Made by a program: the position numbers and the translations under genes. A stretch of DNA of 64,000 bases from Klebsormidium nitens (taxonomy: Eukaryota; Plantae; Klebsormidiophyceae): NCBI GenBank assembly GCA_000708835.1, contig DF237069.1:1-64000 (forward strand), in the 5' to 3' direction. Numbering within the stretch: position 1 is the first letter of the stretch; every line of letters starts with the position of its first letter. The notes below the pieces were generated by a model, which was given only the letters and a program-made list of their open reading frames with translations, was not told where the DNA came from and searched no databases. Shown piece by piece: positions 45,101 to 57,100 of this stretch.

Positions 45101-48100
45101 GACTCGGAAACATCTGATCGTTGTGCGCTTCTCGGGGCGGTCAGCGCCAGCGACGGGATCCTCACTCAAGTCTTTCGCGTCGACAATCTCACATCCAAAT
45201 TTGAGGCGAAGCGAACGCTGCTGCAACGTCGTCGCCAGCTCTGACAGAACCTCAAAACTCACTAGAAGCCTAGCCGTACCGTCGTTGTTGCTTCTTCTGT
45301 TTCTGCTCTAAATCGCTACTTGCATTTGGTTGGGTTCTCGACCTTGGCTCGTCTTGCATCTCTCACTCGCGCTTAGCTTTGATTTTTGCAGTGCCTCAAT
45401 ACCCCCCCCCTGTCCCTATCGTGGACGTCTACGTGCAGTCCGTCTCTAACACCTTCGCGCTGGTAGGACAGAACCCTACCATCACCGTGATGATCTCCTA
45501 CCAGGTCCCCTTCCCAAGCGGCCAGGGAATAGAAGTAAAGCCCTTTATGTGCAGCTTCGGCCAATACAAACAGTTGGCATCTTTTGTAGAGTACTACCCA
45601 AGCCAAGCGCGCGTGTCTTGTCTGGTCCCCCTCAAAGGAACGCCACAGACGGTGCCCTTCAGGTTGAGCCTCGACGGGAACAACTTCACGTCAGCGAGCT
45701 TTGACTTCACCTACTATGGTAGGTCAAGTAAAACGCAAGTCGACGCGAAGTGTAGGTCATCAAGAACATCCATCAAACAATGTTGGTTTGCCATCTGTTA
45801 GGGTAATCAGATACATTATCTTTTGGATCTGCTGATCAAATGGTGTGCAACGTCAAATCAGCGATTATTGACCAGGTTTTTAAGAATGGAAGCGGCGCTG
45901 ATGTCACTCGAAGTTCCCGGGATCCCGGTTGCACTGGTGACACGCTTGCCTAACCTCGGAGGTCATGATTCTTAGATACGCGGTAGCCAGAATTTCTGCA
46001 AATGCAGGGTTAACGGCATTCAAGAGCTGACACGCTATATACCAGCAGCTACCTCCTTGATCGGTGGCTCCGAAGTTGCTCCACATTCTTTGGATCCTGA
46101 GTGCCTCAAAAGTCAGTGCACGATAAGTGCATATCAAACAGCCAGATTGGCAGAAGGATAAACATTTTGGCTGCACCAAGCTGGTATTTGCCTCCTCCTC
46201 GCAGCATTCTTTTACACTTTTGTTTCGACCATTGTCCAAGTGGGTGCTGGAGCTACAATTCCATCATCAGCTCATTCAGAATCTTTCCAGCTCACTTCTT
46301 TGTGGTGTCCTCTTCTGTCGAGTTGATTCGAACGCCGCCAATTGCCTCCGAGCGTCCAATCTACCCAATGATGAGCGAAAAGCTCCTGATCTCAATCCTT
46401 TCCCATCAGAACCAGGTGTTTAAACTCTATAACAGCAGAAGCGACCGCTACAGGTTCTTGTGAGTCCGACAATCCCCCACTCAATAGATTTTGCAGTTAC
46501 GTGCGTCTCGATCCAGATCCCAGAACATCTCTTGCAGGCATGCCTCAAACGCCGAGAGTGGTCAACGCCCCCACCGTCATCAACTCCTTCCAGAGCTTCG
46601 AGGCCATCATCCCCTTCACCACCAGCATCTTCCCCGCCAATTTCACCGCCTTCGACCAGCTGGCCAATCGGGCCAGGTGCATCATGGACCAAGTCGGCTG
46701 GCCCGCTGCAGTCTTCCCTCCGGACCAGAACTACACGTTCGGCTCCGTGCGCTGCGTGATCTACCCTACCGGGTTCCTCGTGATCTACCCTGAGGTTCCA
46801 AGGCCCTCACCTTCACCCTCGACGGGTTTTCGCCGCCAATCCAAGTGCAACAGCTGAACTTTCAGGCTCCTGCGCCGGGCGCAAACGCTTCTGCCCCGAT
46901 TCCTAGCCCTGACCTTGGGCTCTGGTACCCCGGGGTTGGCTATCTGTTCGCTACCCGCGCTCCCCCCCAATTGGCCGTCACCGCGCCCTACAATCCAGCC
47001 TTCCGCCTCCAGTACCGGACGGATAACACGAGCATGGGCGCCTACTTGGGGAACCTTACTCTCGCGGGGGGCACCATAACGCCCGACGTCAACAGCACCA
47101 CGTTCGCTTACAAGGCAACCGGCAACAACCAGTCGACCCTGGCGTTCTCGTTCGGCGCCTCCGCTGACCGGCCGGGGGCCACCATCGCAAGCTTCACGCA
47201 AGACTCCATCAAAGACAACGTCGGCGTTGTGAGCACCTCCAGCGACGCCACTCCCGTGTACAGCCTCAGCGCCAACCTGTGGTACGGGCCGCGCGACCTC
47301 AAGTTCCACGTCGTAGCACCGAACGGCGTCGTCATGCGGAAATACACGCTCACGGCGTCCTCCTCCGTCCTCCCGGTGGCCACGTCGATCTCCGTCAGGG
47401 CGGTTCCAGAAGTGGGAAATTACTGGGTACCCACGCTGACGCCGGCCTTCGCGTCCAACGTCTACGACTACAGCTTGACGGTGGACGTGGCAACGGTGAA
47501 TCTCCATTTCGAAGTCAGGACCAACATTCCGGACAGAGGGGCCTATTTCGTCGCGTCGCCGGCCGCCGTGAACGCCAGCGGGATGCCCCCGCTGTACCCC
47601 ACCAGCCCGGGCTCAATGGTCACCCTGCAGGCGCCGCCCGGTTACACGCCGCTGCCCATGTGCGCCAACCTCTCCACGTCAGTCCCGGTTCCAGCTGCCG
47701 GCCCGGGGACTCTTTGCGACGCGTGCTTCCCAACTCCACGCAACTGGAAGTCAAGCTACGGCTACGACATTATTACCAACGTCCCACTCACGTGCGCCGG
47801 CACCAGCCACTTCTACGTCTGGACGACCGTAGACGGCAACAACACGGTGGTGACCTACAACTTCCACGTCTTTCGGAAGCCGCCCTCTGGACCCCCCGGG
47901 ATTGCCAACCTCACCGTGCTCTCTGGCGGGTATAACCTTTTGGGACCGGTCTGGATCCCTTTCAAATCCATGTTCGCGTACTCAATGAAAGCCTATTCGG
48001 CTTACCAGCCGATAGTCCTGGGCATTCAGCCTAACATCTCAACCTCCAGCATCACCATCGTGCAGAGCCCGGTGACCCTAGTGACTAAATTACCTTCAGT

Positions 48101-51100
48101 TCGACCCCCCGATCTGACGATTCTTCTGGTGAGTTGGGACGGGGTTAGAACCACAGGTTACATCCTGACGATTGTTGTCCCAGGCGCAATGCTTGCGCAG
48201 GTTTTCATCTCGTCATGGGCGCAGAACGCGAGCGCCCCCTACGGCCTGAGGTCCTGGCCGGTGTCGCCTCCCTTTCTAGGCTGGAAGGACAAATTGGGCA
48301 ATTGGGACCAAGTCAGCAACGTCACTATTGGCGACTCCAGCCCTTACGTCATCGCCACTCTCTTCGTGTGGGACGCCTCTACCGTGGTCTCTCCCCACAA
48401 ATACGCCTGCTTTAGCGGCTGCTCATACCTGCCGGTATCCGACTCGCGCTACACATCCGCCGCTCTCCCACTCAGCAACAGCACCCTGATGCCAAACAAC
48501 ACCGTGCCTGCCAACGGCTGGGTCTCTCGGATGACCGTTTGGGCTGTGAACCTTGCTTTCGGGTATCAAGGAGTGGTCTTTAATTCGCTGGACTCCACTT
48601 TCGGGTGGGGCGCTGATTACGGCTTGAACCTGTACCGTCCGAGCCCGGCGCCCAAGGACGCCTCCATCACCCGGTTCCTGATGCAGAGCACGGACGGCAG
48701 CATGACCTTCGCGGATCCCCCGTTGATCTCCGGGACTTTCGACTACGCGATCAATGTTCCGCTCAGCCTTTCGACGACTGTCTGCTTCGGCGTCCTTACG
48801 GCGGACCCTGCCATCGTAACCCCGCTTGGGGGATCCATCAGTCTGACGATCAACTGGATGCTTCGGAACCCCAGCCAATGGAGCTCTTACAGCTTCACCC
48901 CTTCCACGGCCACATTGAACTTGCTCAGCTACGACCTCCAGTCTCAAGACGACCCGATGCTCCGGTACTGGAAGTGGACGTACCCGTTTGAGAGAACCCC
49001 GGGGGCCCCAAGCCGACTGAACGTGACCCTGAAGGTGCAATCAACCGGGGCCGCGACCAGCAACTACACGTTCACGGTGGAAAGGCCCAAGAGCAGCGAT
49101 GCCTCCGTCAGCCAGTTCGGGTACTACCTTGCGAATGGCCAGCCCGTCCCGCTCAACTTCCAATCCTTCACCACCAACGGAAACCAGAGGGTGAGCGCTC
49201 GCCCTTCCGTTCTGTCAGCAGTACTGTTTTACAATTTGGAATACGGTTGCTGGACGGATGGGCCATTTGCAAAACGAATTCAAGGTCCGAGTTGGCCTCA
49301 CGCTTGTCCAGATGCTACCGTTCTACAATCGAAGCTTGTGAAAACATGTTGACCACAAGTCTTTGACTTTATGAAAGTTGCGCTCGCTTTTCTACCAAGC
49401 ACTTAACATCCTCTTGTTCGAGAGCTATCAATCACAGCAACGATTACTTTTCAGCGTAGTCCTTTCAGTAACAAAAAGTACGGTAATTTTCATGTCAACC
49501 TGAGCTGCACGTCTTTGTTTCCCAAGTCATAGTTTACATATTGCTTATTTTGGTTGCAGATGAATCAGAAGCGTGAATGCTTAAATCACCTGTAAATTCC
49601 GCTCCGCTGCTTAATTTGATGATTGTCACAAGTGTCAGGAGCTGGGTCTGACCGTCATTTCCATGCCGCTTATGCAGATGTACACCCTAACTTTAAGCAA
49701 GGGCATCACCGCGGTCGGCCTCTATGCGGTGCCAACCGACCTCATGACGACATTCACCATGGTGACCGGGGCTTCCTTTACGCCGAACTCGCCGAACCCC
49801 AGCCTGACCGCCCCAGGTTACTGGTGCAACTTCGCCGCCTCGTACCGGCTCGCAGTGCCGGGAGCGTCCACTCTGTTCATCATAACCGCCACTGCTGAGG
49901 ACGGCGTCACCCGGCAGGTATTCCTCATCGCCGTCATCCAGGACTTCAGCCATGACGCCACCCTGAGCTCGATGCAAGTCTCCGTCCAGGGGAAGAAGGG
50001 CTTTAGCCCCGGGTACTTGTATTCTTACGCAGCGACCGCCGCTTGGGCTCCCAATTCCCTGAGCATCGCGGTGAGCGGCGTGACGGGCGGGGCGCTGAAA
50101 GCGAATTTCACCGGGGCGAACACAACCGATGCGGACGCCACCGTGGTTTACTCTGCGGACGGAGTGTCCTGGTCGCCGGCGCCCTTCGCGATGCCCCTCG
50201 TCGCCGGGACGACCAACCGCTTCTCGGTGCGCGTCACCGCGCAAGACGGGAGGGCGACCAACCAGTACGCGGGCACCATGGCGGTGCCCCTGGATGCGAC
50301 CTCCCTGGCGAACCTCACCGTCTCGGTCGGCTTCCTCCGCCCGCCGTTCGCGAGCAACGTCTACGAGTACGCCGTGAGGGTCCCAAGCAACGTGTTCCGA
50401 ATCAACATCAGTGCGACGCCCGTCGTAAACACGTCGACCGTTTTTTCCGGGTGGTCTCTTACGGGACTCAGCACCGGCGTGACGCCGGTCACTCTCACAG
50501 TCCAGGCCGCGACCGGGACAGCGCAGGCTGGTGCGACAATGGAGTACAAACTGATCCAGGACTACGTCCCCCCCTCCGACATGATGCCCTACGTGCTGGC
50601 GTCCGCCACCCAGGCGGACATGAACTACCAGGCTGCCCCCGGGGGCCCGACTGCCGCCAGCCTCAACCTCGGGGGGCTCGTCACGAACGCCGGGCAGCAG
50701 ATGTCGGTACAAATGGCTGTTGACTGTCCCAAGTACGAGGCCGATTTTGGAACCGCAGGGGGCGCGAGCTGCGCGGGCTTCGCACACCTCACGCTGGTGC
50801 AACTGAACTTTATTCCCCTACCGGCCAACGTCACTGTCATCAACACCGGCGCATCGGGTCTGCTCGCTGCCGGAGTGCTCACCTACAACGTGACGCAGCC
50901 GGTCGGGACGTACGTCGTGGCGATCACCGCAAAAGGCTCCGGAACGATCAGAGCTCCACTAACTCAGGTGAGGAGGACCTCTCAAGGGCTGCGTATTGGT
51001 ACCGCTCGCACACCCCAATACCGCAGAGCTTGAACCCCTGCACGTGCCTGCGTGCAACAGGGCAGGCGTGCCTTTACTATTCTTGTTCCGCTTGCAAAGA

Positions 51101-54100
51101 GATCCGTCTCTCGAAGATCCCTCAAAGCTCTGGTGCTGACAGCACTTTGTCCAGCTGCGCCCGAGAAACGGAGCGTTATTTCCCTTCTGTCCTGTTGGTT
51201 CTTCCCCTTCATCTGTTCTGGTTGGGGCTCCCTCCTTGTCAGAAACGGAAAATCCTTCATCTGCATGGGCAGCATGTGCTAATGATGTAGAACATGTAGT
51301 CGAAGACCGTACTGATTTGTGGTTCAAAGATTGGCCGTGCGCAAATTCACTAAGCTTAAGCCTCGGATTCCGCTTGTTCACTGTGCAAGGTCTCAACTCA
51401 GAACTCTGCTGTTCCAGGCTGCGTTTCAATCTCGAAAGTTGAGCGTTATTCCTGTTGTCACCGTCGAGCAGCGCCAAAAGCTTCCAGCTCAAACAGGATC
51501 TCACTGCTTTTCCTCCTTCTCTTCTCCCCTGCAGACGGTGATGGTGGTACCCGCTATCGATATGAGCCCGGTCAGAAGCGTGCTGGCGTTGTGGATTGCC
51601 TCGATCGACGCCTCCGGGGTCGTCAAAGCGGCCTTCACTCCGGTCGATACCTGTGAGCCTACTAACATTTGACCAGATCTTTGGTCTTACTGGAACGGGT
51701 ATTCATAACAGGACGTATTGCAGAAAACTGCGAGCCCCATAAATGGCCACACGGCGCTTCCCATCGGCTCATACTGAGGATCTCGTTATGCGGTTGCGCC
51801 TTTGACAGGCTCCTTGATTTGAAAGCTACATTCTCCAGCGGCACTTTCTGTTTGTTGTGATTTTTTGCAAGGTTCTGACTGCCCCAATTCTTTTTATTAC
51901 AGACGGCAACAAGCAGACGACCGTTCCATTCTCCGTGGTCGCCTGCCCGCTTTCCGAAACCTCCAACTCGACCTTCTGCCCGGTTACGAATCTGACGGTA
52001 AACGCCACCTGGAACAGCCAGTTACTCGCGTACGACCTGAATTACGTCACACACCTGGTCGGCACTTACCGGTTGGTTGTGTTCGACTATAACGGGGCAC
52101 GTGTCATGGACGGACTTCAAACCGTGGGCCTCGCCACGAGCACGCTCAACGACGCAAACATGTCCTCTGCGGTTATGCAAGGTATCGATGCGTCTTCTGG
52201 TACTCCAAAACTCAGGTGAGAACCAGATTTCTGCATCTCGAATATAGAAGCACTTAGAACCTTGCCCGCGGGCTTGCCCGTCCTTTTCATGAATTCTATT
52301 TTCGCTTTGACGCACTTCCGTAAGTTTTGGATCTTCAAGAAGGTCGTTCCCCGACAGTGAATCAGCATTGACACTGTCGAAGTCATCTGCGAGCTTCATT
52401 GAATGAAGCTTGCCGAATGCCTGTGCTTCAATGTATTCCCTTCAAGAGCAGCACACCTGACGGATATGAATGTTCTTGCTGAATTTTGAAAAGTACTCTT
52501 ATTTCGCACCATGAAAGACCTTGTCTGTCATTGTGATTGGCTTCTCCTTTGACCTGATTGGTTGATGGGTCATTTTCCTCAACTCAACTTAGAATTGAGA
52601 GCTTCTCTTGTTGCTTCATCGAAACGTGCGAAGTACTGTCCGTTTGATACTCGGTAGTCCCGTATGCAATGCAGTCTGGAATCGACGCGGCTTCAGATAG
52701 GCAATCACTGACTGGCTGACTTTCCGTACTTGTTTTCAAAAGCACTTAGGTGCTTTTGTTTAGACAAGCTTCTTTCTAGACTCAAAAGACAAGCGGACGA
52801 CTTTGCACAGCACGCTTCACAGCTTTCATCAACCAGCTGCGATGACCACACTACACAAAATTAAGCTTCACAAAACCTTTTCGAAGGCCTCAACCGCCAC
52901 CTTTTTGTCCTCTGCAGCGTTTACGTGATTCCCCGAGACAAGTACGGGAATGCCATCCAAGTCTCCAATGACATGTTCAGCCTGGCCCTCGCGTTCACTC
53001 CGGCAACCGGGACTCTTCTCAACGCAAACGTCGTGGCCGCCAGCTACACCTCCGTACCTGGTGCTCCTAGCGTGTTCGCTCTGCTCGCGTCCGTATGGAT
53101 GCTGAAGCCCGGGGGCAGCTACCAGGCCTCGGTCCTGGCCCACGGAGTACCGCTGAACGCGTCCCTGCCCTTTACGCTCGCCGCCGCAATCAACGCAAAG
53201 TCCGTCACGGACTGGTCGCAGCTTACGGCCGCGGGGGGGAATGTCAGTGCCGGCACGCCGTTCTCGTACTCGGTGCAAGGCCGCAACGCGGGCGGCGTTG
53301 CTCTGACGTTTGGGGGGGAGACCGGCTCAATCGCTGTTTACCTATGCTCGCTGCTCAAGAGGACCAACACCACCAACGCCTGCCCCTCGTACCTGCCGTT
53401 CGCGTCGGTTCCCCTCGACTACAGCAACGGCAACTACCTCATCACGGTCACAGCGCCCCCCGATGCCGCCACGTACCAGGTGCAGACAAAGATAGTCGGC
53501 CAGCCTCTCGTGGAGCCCGTCAAAAGTCTGGTTGTCGTTCCCCCTCCGCCGCCCCCCACCCCTGCGCCCACCCCTGTTGGCCAGTACAACATCACCGGGT
53601 TCGGTCTGTTCAGACTGCTCAACCGGACGGTGACCCCTACCGTCTACAACCAGAGCTTCAGCTTCTCTGACTACAACAGCACCCTCAAGCCCGGCCTCGC
53701 GTTCCTGTTCCTGCTGTCTCCGGGGAACGGCGCGCAGACCTCCATTCCGCCCGTGGCGTTCCGGTCCGTTCCGGGGGCCTTCCCCGGGGGCTACACCGTG
53801 AGCCTCGCCACGAGCTATGGCGGGCAGTACAACCTGTCGGTGTACCTGTGCGGCCAGCCCACGTGCTATGACGTCATCTCGGCGGACAACCAGACGCAGG
53901 CGTCCGCGCGGTCGATCCTGGACCTCACGGAAGCCTTCCCCGTGGGGGCGATCAGTGCTTTTGCCACCAAAACCGAATGGTCCTTCAGCATCCTGGCCAA
54001 CGCGCTCAGTAGTGTTAAGATCACGGCGAAGGATGCGAACGCCGTGATCAGAGGGCAGGCGCGCGACGCGAGCCGTTTCAAAGTGACTGCTGACCGCGCG

Positions 54101-57100
54101 ATCGTCGCGGGGACCGTGGTGGACAATTTCGATGGGTCATACGCGGCGCAATTCGTGCCCACAATGGTGGGGCAATACGTCGTGACCGTCTCACTGGTGA
54201 GCGAACGAGATTCTTTTGACTCTCCTCACTCTGCCAGCGCATCTCGGTAGAGCTATCATCGCCGACCCGTTTTGCTCGTTTACAAATCTGCTTTGACGAG
54301 CGGTGAATTAAAGCGAGGGTAAAATGGACTTCGGCTAGAAATCGATGGATCAACTTACACTGAAAGAAGTTCGGAAAGCAGAGTCAATATCCATGCTATT
54401 TGCCTTTTAGCGTTTGGGGCTTATGAAAGAATGGAGTTCTGCCTTGCAAGCCCTGGCCCAATGGCTTTGCGTTTTGTCTGCTCTGTTTTCTTGTTAAGCG
54501 ACTTTTCAAGGCTGTGCTATCGAGCAGAGAATCTAACAATAGTGCGCAACGAGTCTGTCAGAAAGTCGGAAGCTTCTTTCTCCCACATCCACCGGTGCCA
54601 ACACGGCTCGACTCTACTAGTCTTTCAACACCGTACTGTATCCATGGCAGTCTCTTTCACCTGCAGGACAACACGGCCTTCTCAAGCGGCACCATCGACG
54701 TCGCCGCCAACCCCGCTGACGCCAGCAGCCTTGTCTTGGGGAACCCGGGCATGATCATCGTCGGACAGCCCGTCCCTTTCGTGATCGCTCCCCGTTTCAC
54801 CAACTACACCACGGTCAACCCGTTCGCCCTGAGCTACATTCAGCTGGACTCGACGGGGACTACAGTCCTCACGAGCGGCCCGATCAGCCCCAACCCGTGC
54901 ACAGACGTGACGTCACGCCAAGGGACCCCCGGTGCTGGTTCAACTTCAACTTGACTGTGGCGGGGCCGTACAACGTGTCCGCCGCGATCGGCTCCGCCCA
55001 GGTCGGCGGCAGCCCGGCGAGATTTGTCCTGGCACCGGAAGCGCCGTCTTACCTCCTGTCCCCCGTCACGCTCCAAAACGGGCCGGTCACCGCGGGCGCG
55101 CGCGCGGTCTTCTCCGCCAGCTTGAGGGACCGGTACGGAAACCCGGCCCGGGCGACCCTCTCGGCTTTCATTGTGGCCGCGGGGGGGTCATCAAAGAGCG
55201 TCACCGTTGTGCCCAACGAGCCCGTTCCGTCGCCGCTCTCGTTCCTTCCGGCGACCTCCTTTGACGTTGCCACCCGCTTCACGGTCACGAGCGAGCCTCT
55301 GACTGCCCGGGGCACGTACACCGCCTCCTTCATGGCCAAGTCGGACGCGCCGGCCATGCCGGTCGGGCTGAATACGACAAGATTCACGGTACTTCCGGGG
55401 GGCCCCGACCCGACCAACACCGCCAAAGCGCTCACCGGAACCGCGTTGCAGGACGGAACAGTGGGCACGCTGCTCTCACTCTCGGTGCCGCTCTACGACG
55501 CGTACCAGAACGCTCTAACCCCGAGCGACGCCCCGGGCGTGGCGGTCGGGTTAACGCTCCGGTTAGCGGGTGACGAGAAGGTGAACCAACTGCTGACGTG
55601 GAGCGCGAACGGGACGCATTTGCTGACGGCGCCGTTTAACGTGACGACGGCGGGGCAGTATGAGGTGGCGGTGAGCATGGGGCCCAACAGCGGCAGCCTT
55701 AGCAGCATCTACAGCAAAACAGTCAACATGGCGGCGGGCCCCTATGTTTTGGACAACTCGCTGGTCGCCGGGATGGGCAGTACGACGGCAGGGGTGGCCG
55801 GGACCTTCACGGTACAGCTGCGGTGAGTGCGCGTGGGCCGGTGAAAGCGCCGGCAATCTGCGCCTTGCCTTTTGCTCTGCTTCTCGTTCATAGGTGTCGC
55901 TAGCATGCCGCTGCAGTACTGCTAGATGTTTTGCGCGATGCAGAGGAAGACGCAGGATCAGGGTTCTAATAAAAGTTGATGAGGATGGTATTAAAGGTTT
56001 GATCAAGCGTCGTCTGTTCTTGGTTGTGTACTCGGCTGGTTGCAAGCAAGGATGAGTGCGCGGAATCTATTCCCTCTGATGCTGCGTAGGAAACAGTACA
56101 GACGTGCTGGTCGCTCAAGTGGGCAGTCAATGAATAGTTGGCAATCTAGCCAAAGTCCGTTGAATTCATTGGCTCTGAGCACCAAAGACATTCATGGCCT
56201 TCATCTTGGTGAGAAGTCAAGCAGAAACAAAGGCGCGTTTTTTATCAGCTTTATTCTGTGACGTTTGTTTCTGCTCTAGGACTTAAGTTCGATTCAAGGA
56301 TCATTGCTGACAAGCAGGCTGTTTCTTGACCAAGGCTAAACTTGTTGCTCCATTAATTCTTGCCATTGCAGTCATCCCCAGTCGCATCTGCTTCCCTTTT
56401 TCGTAATGCTCTGTATTGCTTGATAGTCAAGTCTGTCAGATCCATATAGGGAACAGGCATCTTGAACAGATACTTTGGAGGGAGAGTTGTGCTGGGTGAA
56501 AGTTTGCGGAGAACCAGTTTCTGTATCAAGTTTTCAAAGGGAGCATCTAGAAACGAGTTTTGCTCTTTGCTTAGGGGTCAGCTTGTTGACGCGCACCTCC
56601 GGGTGGCTTCCCTCTCCAGTCCCTCTCCCATTTTCATTGCTTCTCACCGGCAGATCCTTTCCTCGCTCTCAAACAGGGACGCTTTCAACAACCCGGCAAC
56701 AACCACGACGCTCCCCACCACTCTTTTCAGCGGGACCTACCTGGTCTATGGCTCCACCAAACTCCTACTGCAGCAGGGTTCGACTTCTTTCGTCGTCGCC
56801 GCCGCGCGTGCGGACCAGCCGGGCCTGTACATATTTACTTACAAGACGACCTACGCCCGGGCATATACCGCCCACATTCTGATCCAGTCGAAGGAGGTGC
56901 CCAATGTTCCCAGTGGACCGGTCGTACTGCCGGGACCGCCCGCGAGCGGGTCTGCCTCCGGGTCGCTATGGGGCGGAACTGTTGGGCAGAATCAGACGTT
57001 TATGATCGTACTTCAGGACAGGTGAGGCGGCAGGTAGCAAGGAAACAGCCGCTCTGACTTCGAGAAAACTGCGGCCTTTGTATTTTCCTGTTTCGTGACG

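Noticed and set aside
45030-45244. Possible extra exon of the giant gene (ORF 44906-45244)
   Set aside because: Exons 44713-44793 and 45392-45718 already join in phase, and the segment lacks module motifs.
46773-46794. 22 nt GT-AG micro-intron at frame break 1
   Set aside because: Removal gives a third frame that stops shortly after; also too short to splice.
46785-50802. Long antisense ORFs (e.g. 46785-47507, 49693-50802) and similar ones opposite the URT1, YAK1 and PDI exons
   Set aside because: Shadow ORFs expected opposite GC-rich coding exons; Arg/Gly/Ala-rich with no motifs.
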